Shown here in pieces: positions 1-11,799 of a stretch of DNA of 64,000 nucleotides (position 1 is its first letter; the number at the start of each line of letters is the position of its first letter). Source of the stretch: Guillardia theta CCMP2712 (taxonomy: Eukaryota > Protista > Cryptophyta); assembly GCF_000315625.1 (NCBI RefSeq), contig NW_005434656.1, positions 872,638 to 936,637 on the forward strand, read 5' to 3'. The notes below the pieces were generated by a model that made no database searches, was not told the origin of the DNA, and saw only the letters and a program-made list of their open reading frames with translations. Position numbers and translations under genes: made by a program.

Positions 1-273
1 GCTTCTCCTATCATACAACGAAGGAAGCTTGACATCCTTCCTTGGTAACAACCCATCTGAATGTTCGACGATAAGTTCTTCAATCAAGTTTATGGAGTTC
101 CATAAACTTGCAAGTTGCTTGCGTTTGGAAGGTCTGATTCGTTTCCAAGTGTCCATCCTCAGTCCAAAAGGGAGCTCTGATTCCGGTTCCGATTCTGCTT
201 CTTGCTCATCACGTTTCTCTGAAGGCTGTATCGAAGCGTCGAAGCTGTCTGATCTCGGCATGTGTGAGCACAT
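1..273 (-). CDS. Small unknown protein, family copy 1 (3' end runs off window)
   Basis: Manual translation of minus strand from ATG at 273: MCSHMPRSDSFDASIQPSEKRDEQEAESEPESELPFGLRMDTWKRIRPSKRKQLASLWNSINLIEELIVEHSDGLLPRKDVKLPSLYDRRS; aligns with ORFs 1086-1379 and 2595-2961. Not in the ORF track. Confidence 0.75.
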   Translation of the reverse strand, partial: MCSHMPRSDSFDASIQPSEKRDEQEAESEPESELPFGLRMDTWKRIRPSKRKQLASLWNSINLIEELIVEHSDGLLPRKDVKLPSLYDRRS

Positions 274-1085
274 TGATTCGTGCTGAATGTTATACTTGTT
301 CGAAGCTGTTACCCTCCAGAGCTGTCAATCGGGTATATATCGTGCTTGGTATAGGCGACCTTCTCCGTTCGACGATGGGATGCGCCCCACCCCCACCCAT
401 GTCTCGAAGAACCCTTACAGGCACGTACCCACCCCACAGTATTCGACGAACTACCCGGTACTATCCTCCTCATGCTATTCATGTCAAGTACCCCTACCCA
501 CCCGTGCTCGAATAGGTCATTCATCCTCGTGACAGTATCTATTGATAGCAACGTTTCGCATCTCAGCAGGAACATTGTGGCGAAACGGTGTCTTTTTCTT
601 GAAGAAGTCGGGGCCCAAAAATCCAAGTAAACCTCCTTCACCAAGACGGTAGAGGGGGACATCCGAGGGGAGCTCGGAACTCGACCATGACTGATCTCTG
701 ACGGTCCAGCGCGTTCCAGCCCGGTCACGCGCAGGCTACGGCCTTGGGACCGCCTGGTCTGCCGCGTGTCATCAGATATCCTCAGCGTGACCGGATACTC
801 GCTCGAGGGCTCTCGAAACGACATCCCAACGACGATGGTCACACGTGCACCGGGGTATGTATCCAGGTGACGCATGTAGTAAAGAAAACGTTCACGCGAC
901 CATGGGCGCGTGTCTCGTGATCAGGGTTGGCCGGCCCCTTGTCGGCCTCATGCTCCGAAGAAGTTTGAAAAATTCATTTTTGGAAAACTTAGAAGAACTG
1001 AAAAGACGTGTTATCAGCTTTACCTGGGTCTGCCCTGTATAAAGTAGACTTGCGAAGGTCTGCGGACCATAACAACGAACCGACC

Positions 1086-1379
1086 ATGCACTGCCACGCG
1101 GGAAACAGCAGCTCTGTAGAGAGCAACAGGAAGATTGAAGCATCATATGTCGACCACCCTTCACAAGCCTCCGCGGTTTTTCCTTTCGGGTTGACAGAAC
1201 AGAAATGGAACAGCCTTTCACCCGAAAAGCGCTGGAAACTGAAGTGTCTGTCGAACTCTATCGCCTTGGTTGAAGAAAGAATCGCGAACAAGGGACATGG
1301 CAACAACATCATTACAGAGGCTGCTCTCCCATCCTTGTACACAAGATATAGAGGTTCACAGAGAAAATCATGCAACTAA
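1086..1379 (+). CDS. Small unknown protein, family copy 2
   Basis: ATG 1086; FPFGLTEQKWNSLSPEKRWKLKCLSNSIALVEERI...LPSLYTR shares PFG/W/NSI.L.E/LPSLY motifs with copies 1 and 3. Confidence 0.75.
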   Translation: MHCHAGNSSSVESNRKIEASYVDHPSQASAVFPFGLTEQKWNSLSPEKRWKLKCLSNSIALVEERIANKGHGNNIITEAALPSLYTRYRGSQRKSCN

Positions 1380-2594
1380 GTTGGCATGCGTGTTATGATA
1401 GTCATGTTTTGTAAATATTTATGTTTGAAATAAATCTTTGTGCTAATGGTTGTTGCATTGAGAATGCCAAGGGTTCACACAACCCTGTAGTCTAGTCATT
1501 CGCGTCTTGCCTTCACTTGCCGACTCTTGTTCGTTGTAAGTTGTGTCGATAAAAAAGGATCATTCACCCCCTATCCCGCAATAACGAAATTTTGAAGTTA
1601 CGTGCCGGAATTCTATCGGACGAGGAAAATCTTAGCCCGAAGGAGGTTCAATGCTTCCCATACATCTTTTCGGTGTGGTAAATTTTCCTGCAGTCGAATC
1701 TCTTTCTTGAAAACATTGATTTCTCACTGAGCTCTGGCAAAACAAGCTCAAATCAGACCAGACTGACTCAAGGCAAGAGTCAGCACTCGTGGATGGGCTA
1801 AGTGATGATCTCATTATCGACATAGTCAGACAAGTGGACTCTCAAACGACTGAAAGCATTCAACGGCTAGATGTGCTCAGGAGGAAACCCAGGGGGCCGA
1901 ATGAGTTACAACCCCAGTTCTTTTCATGAGCATATGTAAGAATCAGGCTCCTCAGCTTGCAGGGTCTGTTCTGGTCTGTTCTGATTTTGTGGTTTGGAAG
2001 GCTTGTCTATTGTCGCTAGTAAAGTATCCATTATTGTTCTTTACCTTGAGGGGTGGTCCAGCGGAGGCGCCTTGAGTTTGAGTCATTCGTTTGGACGTCT
2101 TCAACCCGCAAAGCTACGGGTTATGATATTATGATGTAAGAAGAAGAAAAGAAATTCTTGATCAATCATGATTACGACAAAGCTTGCAAGAGTTGGTGCT
2201 CTTTGTGTGTGATGGTGATGTCTTGTTGATGTTTGAGGCCATGAAAGCGTAATTGGAGGGTCAAGTATTGGCAGAAAACACCAACCTTACGAAAGCTTGT
2301 TGTTTGGGTTCGATCAGTTGGTCGTAATGAAACTCTTTGTTTTGGAAATTGTCGGAGCTCTGACATTACATTAATTCTCATTTCCGCAAGCGACCAGCCT
2401 CCGTTGCATCAGAACTCTGACAGACACATGTTGACGAATCAATGAGGCACCAGTGCCTCGAATCCATACTCCTGTTTCAAGGAAATCTGGAGAAGAAAAG
2501 GGTGTTGTTGAAACTTGAGAATTCCAATCGAAAAACTTTATTATTATGTACAAATAGAACGTGGACGCACGCATATACCTTCAGTGAACTCAAT

Positions 2595-2961
2595 CTACAA
2601 ATGTTCTCGACTACTGCTGCGGCTCATGCTTTTCCTATCATAAAGAGAAGGTAATTTCACGTTCTTCCGGTCTGCAGCACCATGTTGAACTTCAGCCGAA
2701 ATGAGATCTTCCACAAGGCGGATGGAGTTCCACAAGCTCTCCAACTGCCTTCTCCTCAAGGGCTTCAGCTTGTTCCATTCTGCTGTGCTGATTCCGAATG
2801 GACAAGCGAAGGTCTCGCAATCTTCTTCTTCGTCGAGGCTGAAATCTCTTTCTGCCGGTTTGATTTCATGGTTAGCTGTCACATCTTCGTGGAACATGTT
2901 GATCATGGCTGCGTAGGTGTGGAAGGGATCTTGACAAACCTTGCTCACCGTCCAAACTCAT
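2595..2961 (-). CDS. Small unknown protein, family copy 3
   Basis: CPFGISTAEWNKLKPLRRRQLESLWNSIRLVEDLI...KNVKLPSLYDRKS; probable ATG at 2961 with a 40-nt GTGAG...CAG intron (2948-2909) restoring frame. Confidence 0.75.
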
Positions 2962-3996
2962 ATTTTGCCTCCCCCTCACTGGAACTGATCGGTTCGTATC
3001 TCAGCCCTCGAAAACACGTTATTTCATAGCACAATTGGATATGTCACGCGGATGCTTACCGATGTCACATGGCTGGAGCCCTTTTCGAGCGCCAAGAAGG
3101 TGAACCCGTTGATTGTTGTGACGAAACGATTCTTTATCACGTCGTTTCGACCTGGTACTAATGGATCTTTCCCGCCAAAACGTCAGACCGCACCACATAC
3201 CTCCGAGGCGGACTTCTCTGTGCCGGCCCGAAACTTCTGCCCTTCGGAAGTGGAGCCGCCAAGGGGCCCCGGGCTCGGGCGCGGGAACAATGAGGGAACA
3301 ATGAGACGGCCCCCCGCATCCCATCGGTCGACTGGAGGGTCTGAGGGGGCCGATCCGACTGCCGCGCGGTCAAACTGGCCTCCTCTTCTCTAGAGTCACG
3401 GTACCCTATGATCGTTCAACCTTGAAGTCACGATAGTGTACTGAATGATGGCTGATCGGATTCAGGTGACTCGTGACCCATCAGTGCTAGTCACGCAGGG
3501 AATCAGGATCGGACCGGGGCTCAGCAGCACTGGGCACTGACTCGGAGACTGCACACTGAGAGACTCATGAGCATCATGGCCACTGCGCGGCACATCGGAT
3601 CGGCCGGAGCTGGAAGGGCCTCCCGCCGGGGTCCGTCGGACCGTTGGTGGCCCCGCCGAGTGGGTGGGCCGGCCGGGCGCCGCCGTACTAAGCCCAGGCT
3701 GTACGGCCGCGAGGGTCACGTAGTACCCAGTTAGATCAGAGACTCAGGCTCGCCGCGCCGCAGTGTCCATCCGTCGCAGAACTTCACTCCCGAAGCCGCT
3801 AGAAGGTTGCTCAGTAACTTCAGTAACTTTCAGCGTATGAAGTCAATCAGTCGGCCCCAGTGTGGCAGTCGTCGGATGGGCCCATTACTTTGGGTAAACC
3901 GCACAGTACGGCTTCTACAGTTCGATTTAACTACGCAAGCAGCTCGAAGTGTGCATCGCAATGACAACTTAGCATCCTCAACATTGCGTCACACAT

Positions 3997-4560
3997 CATG
4001 AATCCTGGACAGTGTTCTTCAATTCATTGCAACGAGCTAATTGGCAAGTTAGAGGACGTCGAGCTTACCACCTCACCATGTACAAAGCACGGGGAGCTAC
4101 CATCATCTGCAAGACAGGGCTCACAGGGTGTAAATAAAATCAAACAGATGTCAGCACCCTTCCATGGGAGCGCACAGCGTCCTCCTCAGAATCGCATCCA
4201 TCAAAGCTGATCCCCATGGTCTGCAACCAACAGGCGATCAGTCCTCACATCTTCCGGCACAAGTCATACTGACCGATTCAGTGTCAGGAGGGTTCCAAAC
4301 CTGCCATCGGAAACTCAGATGAGGAAGAACCAAGAAATTCTGCTCACGTCGCCAGAGGCCGTGTTGTCAGGCATGTCAAGGAAGGGGCCCATCTGGGGCT
4401 CGCCGTTCCCCTTGAAGAAGGATACGTCTGGATGCAGGTAGTACAGAATTCTCTGAGGGAGGACCTTGAAGAACTGCAACAGCCGTCAACCTCTTGGTCA
4501 CAAAGGATGAGATGTCGTGGCCATCAGGTGGCAATGAGTTCCAAACAGATAAACAGCAAA
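3997..4560 (-). CDS. Possible small multi-exon hypothetical protein
   Basis: Short open segments (FFKVLPQRILYYLHPDVSFFKGNGEPQMAPFLDMPD; VWNPPDTES; TMGISFDGCDSEEDAVRSH) bounded by GT..CAG at ~50-nt spacing; no recognised domain. Confidence 0.3.
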
Positions 4561-5286
4561 CATCGAGAGTGACATGAAACATGCTCAAAGAAATCAGGGT
4601 GTGGGTTTCATGTTTCGGAGAAGATAGGGAGGTGGGAAAGCACTTGAATGAGAGATCATGAAGAAGCCAGGATAGACACATCTATTTCTGCACAAAACCA
4701 AACAAAAACTGAACTGATAAGGACTCGAACTGAACTTGAAAAGGACTCGTTCAGTTTTCAATAATCAAAGCAAGGAATAAGATCTGAAGAAAACTCACGA
4801 AATGATTGCAGCATATCAATCAATAAAGGCCGACAAACAAACAGAACAATTCAAAGATTTCGCTTGAACCAAAAACCAAACGACAAACAAAAATCCCAAT
4901 ACTGAGTAGAGCCCATTATACGAGTCAACAATCGCCCCATTCCTCATTGTTCATCATATTCATTTCGCATTTGTATAGTCACAACGTCAGCGTCAGCAGC
5001 TCCCTGCTACTTCTAGATGCTGCCCCCGTCGCTTCATTCTCACCATGTCGCCAAGTGTCGTGTGAACTACCCCACCGGTCTATGAGCACCGGAAGGGGGA
5101 CAGGGGGGGGTGGGGGTAGGTGCAATTCTCTAGATTATTTTCAGTTCTCAGTAATTTGTCCCTGGCCCGGACATGCCCGGACAAGCACCCGGGGGCCTGA
5201 CCGGCCCGGCGCACCGCAACACTACTGACAGGTTTCGTGCGGCGGGCTCAGTCCTTGCGCCGTGTTACAAAGGGGAACGCGTGGCT

Positions 5287-6816
5287 ATGGCGAACAGGTC
5301 GAGGAGTGAGGAGAAGGGGAGGGAGAAGGGGAGGGGGACAACAAGCAGGTCGAAGGTGCTGCTTCTGACCATGATCTCGATGAGCCTGCTCGACTGGTGC
5401 AGTTGCTTCATGCTTTCTCCTTCCCAGAGCTCGTTCTTGTCTAAGGCCTGCAGTCCTTCCAAGGTTGCAGGCTCCCCATCCTTCCAACCTTCCAACGCGC
5501 GAAAGTTTGTCAGGACAGCGAACCCTCGACCGATGTCTTTGAAAATGAGAGAAGAGGAGGGAAAGAGGGACAACGCGATTGATCGCCGAGATGTCGCCAG
5601 ACTCGTTAGTGGGGCCGTCGGATTGACTGCTTTTCAGCTCTTCGGGTGTGTTGATGTTTGTTGTCTCAATGATGTGTCAACTGACAGTCAGACAAGAAGC
5701 AAACCAGCAGATGCATTCACAATGAAGGCAGTGATGAAAGTCTGGAATGATCCTTCCATCTTCATCAAGGTCTTGGATCCCAAGGTGGAGGACGAGGCAC
5801 TCAGCAGGTGGGCAAGGATTTGTTGGAACAAGATTCAGCAGCTGAGTTGAATCCTTCTACAGGTACAGGAGATCGTTGAGATCCGTGTCTTCTCTCACTA
5901 AAGCAGAAGCGGTCATGCTCCATCTCTCGCTAGCTCCCCTCTCTCTAGAATCCTGACGGGATTTCTTCTCACAGGCTGCGTACACGGTTGAGTTTGACGA
6001 GTTCGTGGAGGCTGTGTCGAAGGTTCCGACTTGACAGTGCTGCCTGCAAGCTCATTGATTTCCTGCTGCTCCTGCCCTCAGGTGAAGAAAGTGAAGATCG
6101 GAGATCAGATCGTCGAGAACCCAACGGAAGAGCAGCTGTTGAAGGTGAGCCTGCTTCGTCTGAGGTTTCGACCCCTTGAATGTTCCCGCCCTGTCGGGTC
6201 TCTGCAGGCCTGGAAGGAGGAGGAGATCAGACGGGCTAAGGAGAGAGAAGAGAAAGGGGACGAGCCGTTGACCAGGCCTGTGAGACTCAAGGAGGAGCAG
6301 TCGGACAAACTGCAGACTTACTTCCTCCCTCCTGTTGTCACCAAAGACTCGACTGCACAGGTCCATGGCCTTGTTGGGCGCTAATGTTGGCTGATGACAT
6401 CGTCGTCAGACCATCGCTCTCGGCAAGCACCTGCAGTCTGTTGGAGCTGTGATGTACGGTGCCTACTGGTGCTCTCACTGCTACAACCAGAAGCAGGTGA
6501 GAGAGAGGAGGCGTGTCGTTGATACTGTTGTTGTTCTGTGACATGTTCTGGGGTAGCTTCTTGGAAGGCAAGTCGCAGATGAGACGTTGAAGTATGTTGA
6601 GTGCGACAAGAAGGGTGCTTACAGCAAGCGCGACATGTGCAAGGAGAAGAAGGTGAGAAACGCATGAACGGGTAAGGGAGGGGGGGCGGGGGTCTGACCT
6701 GGGGACAGGTTCCGGGGTTCCCAACGTGGGAGATCAATGGCGAGCTGTTCCCTGGTGAGAAGAGCCTGGAGGAGCTGGCGAAAATCTCCGGGTTCGATCT
6801 TTCCTCGGTGAAGTGA
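5287..6816 (+). CDS. Plastid (thylakoid-lumen) thioredoxin-like protein, LTO1/VKOR-associated Trx-domain type, multi-exon
   Basis: Spliced C-terminus TIALGKHLQSVGAVMYGAYWCSHCYNQKQ|LLGRQVADETLKYVECDKKG...MCKEKK|VPGFPTWEINGELFPGEKSLEELAKISGF; WCSHC at 6467-6481; N-terminal hydrophobic signal ending SC-F, Ser-rich transit peptide, then RR + hydrophobic stretch ending ADA. Confidence 0.85.
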
Positions 6817-7124
6817 GGAGAGGAGGGAGATGGTGGAACAGGAGGGAAGGGGATGGGATGGGAAAGGAGCTGGAGTGATTGAGAACTGCATTCTTGTTTT
6901 CACCAAGAAGAGATAGTGTTGTTTCAGTTGGTCCCTTCCTCCTGTGTTCCTCCCCTTCAAAGGGCGTCCAGTGCTTGACTGTTAAGATGCTAATCTGCAA
7001 ACCGCCTGCTCCTCAGCAGTCTTGTTGTTCACCTCGAGTACTTCTCATGAAACGTAAGGAACGTTTCGCCCGGCAGCCTGACAGTGGGTGTATCAAGAGT
7101 TTGCTCACAACCAACGATGGGGCG

Positions 7125-7522
7125 TCACCCGTACAGCGACTGAGCGTTCTTGACCAGCAGCTCAACTCGATCGTATTGATGGACTAGAGCAACAACGTTT
7201 CCATCGCACTGGTTCATCCCGTCACTCGAGACCCTCCCGATGCAGCAGCTTCACCTTGTCTCCTTCCAGTTCCCCGCAGCCAGTTAAGACTTCCCCGTCC
7301 TGCATCGTCCAGCAGTCACGGCGGGCAAGTTAGTAAGCGTGTTTGCCCTCCTCCTCCCTTTCCTCGTTTGTGTAAATCTTCTTCATTGTCCCTACGGTAG
7401 CTAGCAAGCTCGTCTCCGCATCATAGCTCGTCACTTCCATCACCTGTGAAATGTCATCATGAGCTTGTTGAGCAGCGTCTCCGGCAATATCATCGTCATC
7501 TTCATTGTTATCATCATCATCA

Positions 7523-7556
<34 letters not shown>

Positions 7557-7595
7557 CATCACGACCACCATTACGACCACCATTACGACCACGAC

Positions 7596-7667
<72 letters not shown>

Positions 7668-9290
7668 CATCTTTCTCATACCTTCTCCAGGTCTCCAGTC
7701 CACAACATCTTGTTGTGCATCCCCTGATCATTGCACCAAGCTTTCCATCTCTTTGCTTCTCGTCATGCTACAGCCTCAAAACTAAAAAGGCGCTCACTGC
7801 TCCATCGAAAGTCGTTATTCTCCCCTCGAATCGTTTTCCCAAATCTTCTTTCACCTCTCGCACCTGCAGCAGCAATCTTCAACTCAAATTGTCATCAAAA
7901 TAAACATCATCATCAACATCATCTCTATCAGCGTCATTATTATTATCATCTACATTGTCTCCATTATCAAGATCATCGGCATCATCGTTTTGTCACCGTC
8001 CGTGCAGCTTCTTCTTCCATCATCGTGCAATATGTCAAGATCGCTTCTTGTGTCCCGATCACAGTTCCAGCGCACGACCTACTACTTCCCGCAATGGCCG
8101 GAAGCACCTTAGAGAAGAAACAAGTCAATGTGAAGAGCGGGGAAAGATTGTGAGCTCACCTTGTCGGCATCATAGTCGGGACATTCAGACGTCAACCAGC
8201 TGAAAGAGGAGAAACGTGAGGAGACAACAAGAATGGCAAGCGTCTTAGGATGATCTGACATGTCTGCAAGGGTTGACCTGACATGATTGCAAGGTTTGAA
8301 GTGAAATCATCTTACCCAACATGGATGGGACAGGCTCCTATCGTCAAGTGCGCCGGCTCGAGCGCAACCCCGATGCCTCGTTGGACTTTCTAGGAGGGAG
8401 AAGTTTGAAAGGACGGGGAGAGATGGCAAACAACTTACGAGGTACAAGAAGGGGTCTCTTTGAAAGAGAACATCTCTGATGTCGCAGAGGAGAACCTTTG
8501 CGGGCACATGTCAAGGAGGCGGAGCAATAAAGTTGCAAGGATTGAGAAGTCATGAAAGTTACGGAGCGCGCAAGAAACGAACAATCTGATAGACAACCTG
8601 ATCGAACTTGGTCGTCGACTTCTCCAGATATTCTCTAAAGAGGGTGAAACGATGAAGGTTCATCGGCCCTCTCTTAAGAGCAGAGTCACCCAGAAACAAA
8701 ATTTCGCAAACAACATCATTAAAGACAACACGACAACACGACAATATCATCAAGGCATGCAAGAGGCATCGTTATGCACGACAACAAGACAATATCATCA
8801 AGGCATGCAAGAGGCATCGTTATGCACGACAACAAGACAAGCAAGATGTCGGCATGAAAGATAGCAAGACCACAACACAGCGTCAGGACACATCAAGATC
8901 CTCTCTACCTCCGCGGACATCGACTTGTCGTCATATTCCACGATCTCGGCATCGAACACGTCCGCCACTTCTTGCAGATCGGCCCTCCCCCTCTCCGCGC
9001 TCATGATAACAACCTGCCTCCTCCTCGCGTCAGACGCTCCTCATCGCGGCAAGTTTCACCTGCGCCATGCACCCCGTGCTCCTTAGAGACGCTAGGAACA
9101 CCCGAACCTCATAGGGCAGAAGGCCCTTCTGCGTGCCGAGGATAACGTTTCTCTGCCCTTCCTCAAGGGAGGAGGAGGAGGAGGAGGAGGAGGAGGAGGA
9201 GGAGGAGGAGGAGGAGGAGGAGGAGGAGGAGGTGTGGTGGTGGTGGTTGGAGGAGGAGGAGGAAGACACGTGTCCCAGGAGGAGAAGCAT
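7125..9290 (-). CDS. Putative GT-A-fold glycosyltransferase-like protein, multi-exon
   Basis: Exonic motifs VFLASLRSTG, HRFTLFREYL, VLLCDIRDVLFQRDPF, CAGTVIGT, NDQGMHN, LVHQYDR, stop at 7125; motif order typical of uncharacterised algal/bacterial nucleotide-sugar transferases; start may lie further upstream near the gap. Confidence 0.65.
7490..7671. repeat. (CAT)n/(CGT)n compound microsatellite in intron
   Basis: Direct reading; produces spurious poly-D/H/I/S/M ORFs. Confidence 0.95.
8730..8840. repeat. 48-bp tandem repeat x2.3 (intronic)
   Basis: ACGACAACA(C/A)GACAATATCATCAAGGCATGCAAGAGGCATCGTTATGC starts at 8730, 8778, partial at 8826. Confidence 0.95.
9168..9232. repeat. (GGA)n microsatellite
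   Basis: Direct reading. Confidence 0.95.
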
Positions 9291-9371
9291 GATAATTTAG
9301 TCCTGGAACAGTCTATCCATCTTTGACCGTCTTGCTCCTGCTCGCTGGCTGGCTATCACACACCTCCCTGG

Positions 9372-9471
9372 NNNNNNNNNNNNNNNNNNNNNNNNNNNNN
9401 NNNNNNNNNNNNNNNNNNNNNNNNNNNNNNNNNNNNNNNNNNNNNNNNNNNNNNNNNNNNNNNNNNNNNNN
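9372..9471. other. Assembly gap (100 N)
   Basis: Run of N. Confidence 1.
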
Positions 9472-9555
9472 CCCCCCTCCCCCTCCCCCGTTCCTCCATG
9501 TCTCCGTCGCTCTCTCTCACTCGTTGATTTCTGTCTGGCTCATTTCTGGCTCTAG

Positions 9556-11776
9556 GCGCTCGACCTCCACCTCCACCAAGAGAAGAGCGTACAAGGAGGC
9601 GCGGAGAGCGGTTCTCTATGCTGCCATGCTCATCGCCATCCTCTCTTTCTCCTACCTCTACCTTGTCAACAAGACCAAGTCGCACGGCTCCAGACACTCT
9701 CCCAAGGCTCAGGGGCGCACACAAGGCAAGCCAGAAGGCAGCAGCGATCCTTTCAGAAGCTGCAGGGCCCTCTACGGCGAGCTGGTCGGGAGTCCCGGCA
9801 CGCCGCAGTATCATGCAAGCTTTGCCAGCTCAATGTCTCAGGTGACGAGCTGCCGAGTGTACGAGGACAGTGACGAGCAGGGTCAAGGTGTTTCGAGGCC
9901 CCGTCCATGCTCTGCTGGAACAGTCAATGAGCGAGAGGGAGGGGGTGGAGGACCAAGACGAGGAGGATGCGGATGAGGAGAGTGGCGCAGGAAACATCCT
10001 GATACAAGTCGACTCACTCTTGCGCAAGTCTGTGCTGCTGGCAGTCTGGGAGAAGTTGAGCATCCTTGCGTCTTCCAGTGGGAGAAAGCAGGGCGAGCAT
10101 GGGAGGATAACGACACAGGAAGCGCTTCGTCTGCAGTCAGATATCTCACCCTTCAACGTCCCCCTCCTCTTCCCTTCTTTTTTTGCTCCGCTCTCCTCCT
10201 CCCACAATACTTTCCTTCTTTCCCTTCCCTCCTCCGACCTCCTCTCCTCCGCCCTCCTCTCCTCCGCCCTCCTCTCCTCCGCCCTCCTCTCCTCCGCCCT
10301 CCTCTCCTCCGCCCTCGTGTCCTCCGCCCTCCTGTCCTCCCAGCTCCTGTCCTCCCTCCATTCTGCGTCATCCTATCGGTCGTGGCGGGACAGGTCCTCG
10401 CTTGTTGATTCGTCAACTGGCTTGGGTTTTCGCTGGAGTGTGCTACATTGGATTCAACTTGGGGCATTCTGCCTGTGCTGTAATGCTCCTCCCTTGTCAA
10501 GTCGACGCTCTCTGATGTTTCCCTGGAGATACTTTTGGGAGCTTCGCATGTCAGCCTCTTGTCTGTGGTCGGTCTTTTGTCTTGTCTGTGTTGAACCTCA
10601 AAAGCGTTGAAGGAGATCAGCGAGGAGTGCTGGGTGGCGACTGCGGAGAAAGTGATGCAGCGACGTCTTTCCCTCTCCTGCTTCTGTTCCACCTCCACCA
10701 ACTCCACCACCTCCTCCTCCACCACCACCACCTCCTCCACCTCCTCCACCACTCGGTGACCTCCTCCTCCACCACCATCACCACCTTTTCTTGCTTCTTC
10801 ACCTGCTCCTCCCATTCTCACTTTGTGCTCCCCCCCCTAATGTTTCTCCTCCTCCTGCTTCTCCAGCTAGAGCTTCTCATGCTTCTCCTTTTCGTCCTCT
10901 CCTTCCTGTCCCCTCTTCCTTACAAGCATCGGCAGGCTGTCCGAGCATTGTTCCATGACAGGTGATGACCATGCCTTTCCCCTCCTCTCCTCCATCTTGT
11001 TCATCCCCTCTGGGAGCAGGTTCCAGCTTCACTACGGAGATTCCTTGAAGATCCTCCCTGAGCTGACCAGGACTGATTCGCTCAGCTGCAACCTGTCTGA
11101 GTCCTCCCTGCTTGCTCCACTCTCACACCCTCTTGCTTGCTCTCAGGTTCAGAGTCGACGGCGACCACAAGCCTCCTGCTCCTGCCCTTGACCTCCGCAA
11201 CGCTCTCACGTCTCGCTCACGCCTCCCGCTGCAGACCTCACGCTCCCACGCAGGGCTCTTAGCGGACCTTCTCTCCTCTGGATGGACGACGTGGGATGTC
11301 CTGGCTGGAACTGTGTGGAGCCAACAAGCACTTGGCGCCGTGCGGTCGAGGAGGGGCAGGTGATGTCCATGGGATGGTGGGAAACACAAGTGAGGGAAGA
11401 GGCAGGTCGAACAGATCGAGTGCCAGGTCGAGGATGAGACGCACGGCTACTGTGTCGGCAGAGCAACAGGTTGGGGAAGGGCGAGCTAGCAGAGCAGAGA
11501 TATGCTCGGGGGAGGGAGCAGGGGGCGGGGAGGAATGGAGAGGGCATCTGGAAAGAATCAGCATATTCATGGTAAGATGACACATTGAAAGAGAGCCATC
11601 TGTCGCTCCCACTGTTGTCCGTCCTCCTGTACAATCCGCACGACCCAGAAGCTAGCTCAAGAAGCCGCAGCAACGATCCTCCAATGGTGTCAAGTTGCAC
11701 TGGTCCCTCAAGGCCAGCATTTCCCTCTGCCCTCGTTGACTACAAAATTTCCCTTGACTCTCTGCCCGTCTCGTAA
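9556..11776 (+). CDS. Type II membrane class I SAM-dependent methyltransferase (Methyltransf_24-like), multi-exon
   Basis: N-terminal basic + TM segment (RRAVLYAAMLIAILSFSYLYLV); motifs IGFNLGHSA, RFQLHYGDSLKILP, VDGDH...LDLRNA; start probably in gap, 3' end uncertain. Confidence 0.65.
10230..10350. repeat. 15-bp minisatellite (CTCCTCCGCCCTCCT)n, intronic
   Basis: About 7 tandem units, giving the SSALL/EEGGG pseudo-ORFs. Confidence 0.9.
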
Positions 11777-11799
11777 CCCCTGCAAAGTTGAGAGGATGC

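Noticed and set aside
309-875. 188-aa minus-strand ORF and other ORFs in GC-rich intergenic islands
   Set aside because: No motifs; lies in the divergent promoter region where stop codons are scarce.
2051-2125. tRNA-like start (GGGTGGTCCAGCGG)
   Set aside because: No T-loop GTTCRA or acceptor stem pairing found.
7330-7903. Poly-D/H/I/M/S ORFs
   Set aside because: Microsatellite intron read-through; only the flanking exon pieces are credible.
8730-8840. Direct repeats as possible CRISPR array (also 52617-52768)
   Set aside because: Head-to-tail repeats without unique spacers, eukaryotic context, no cas genes.
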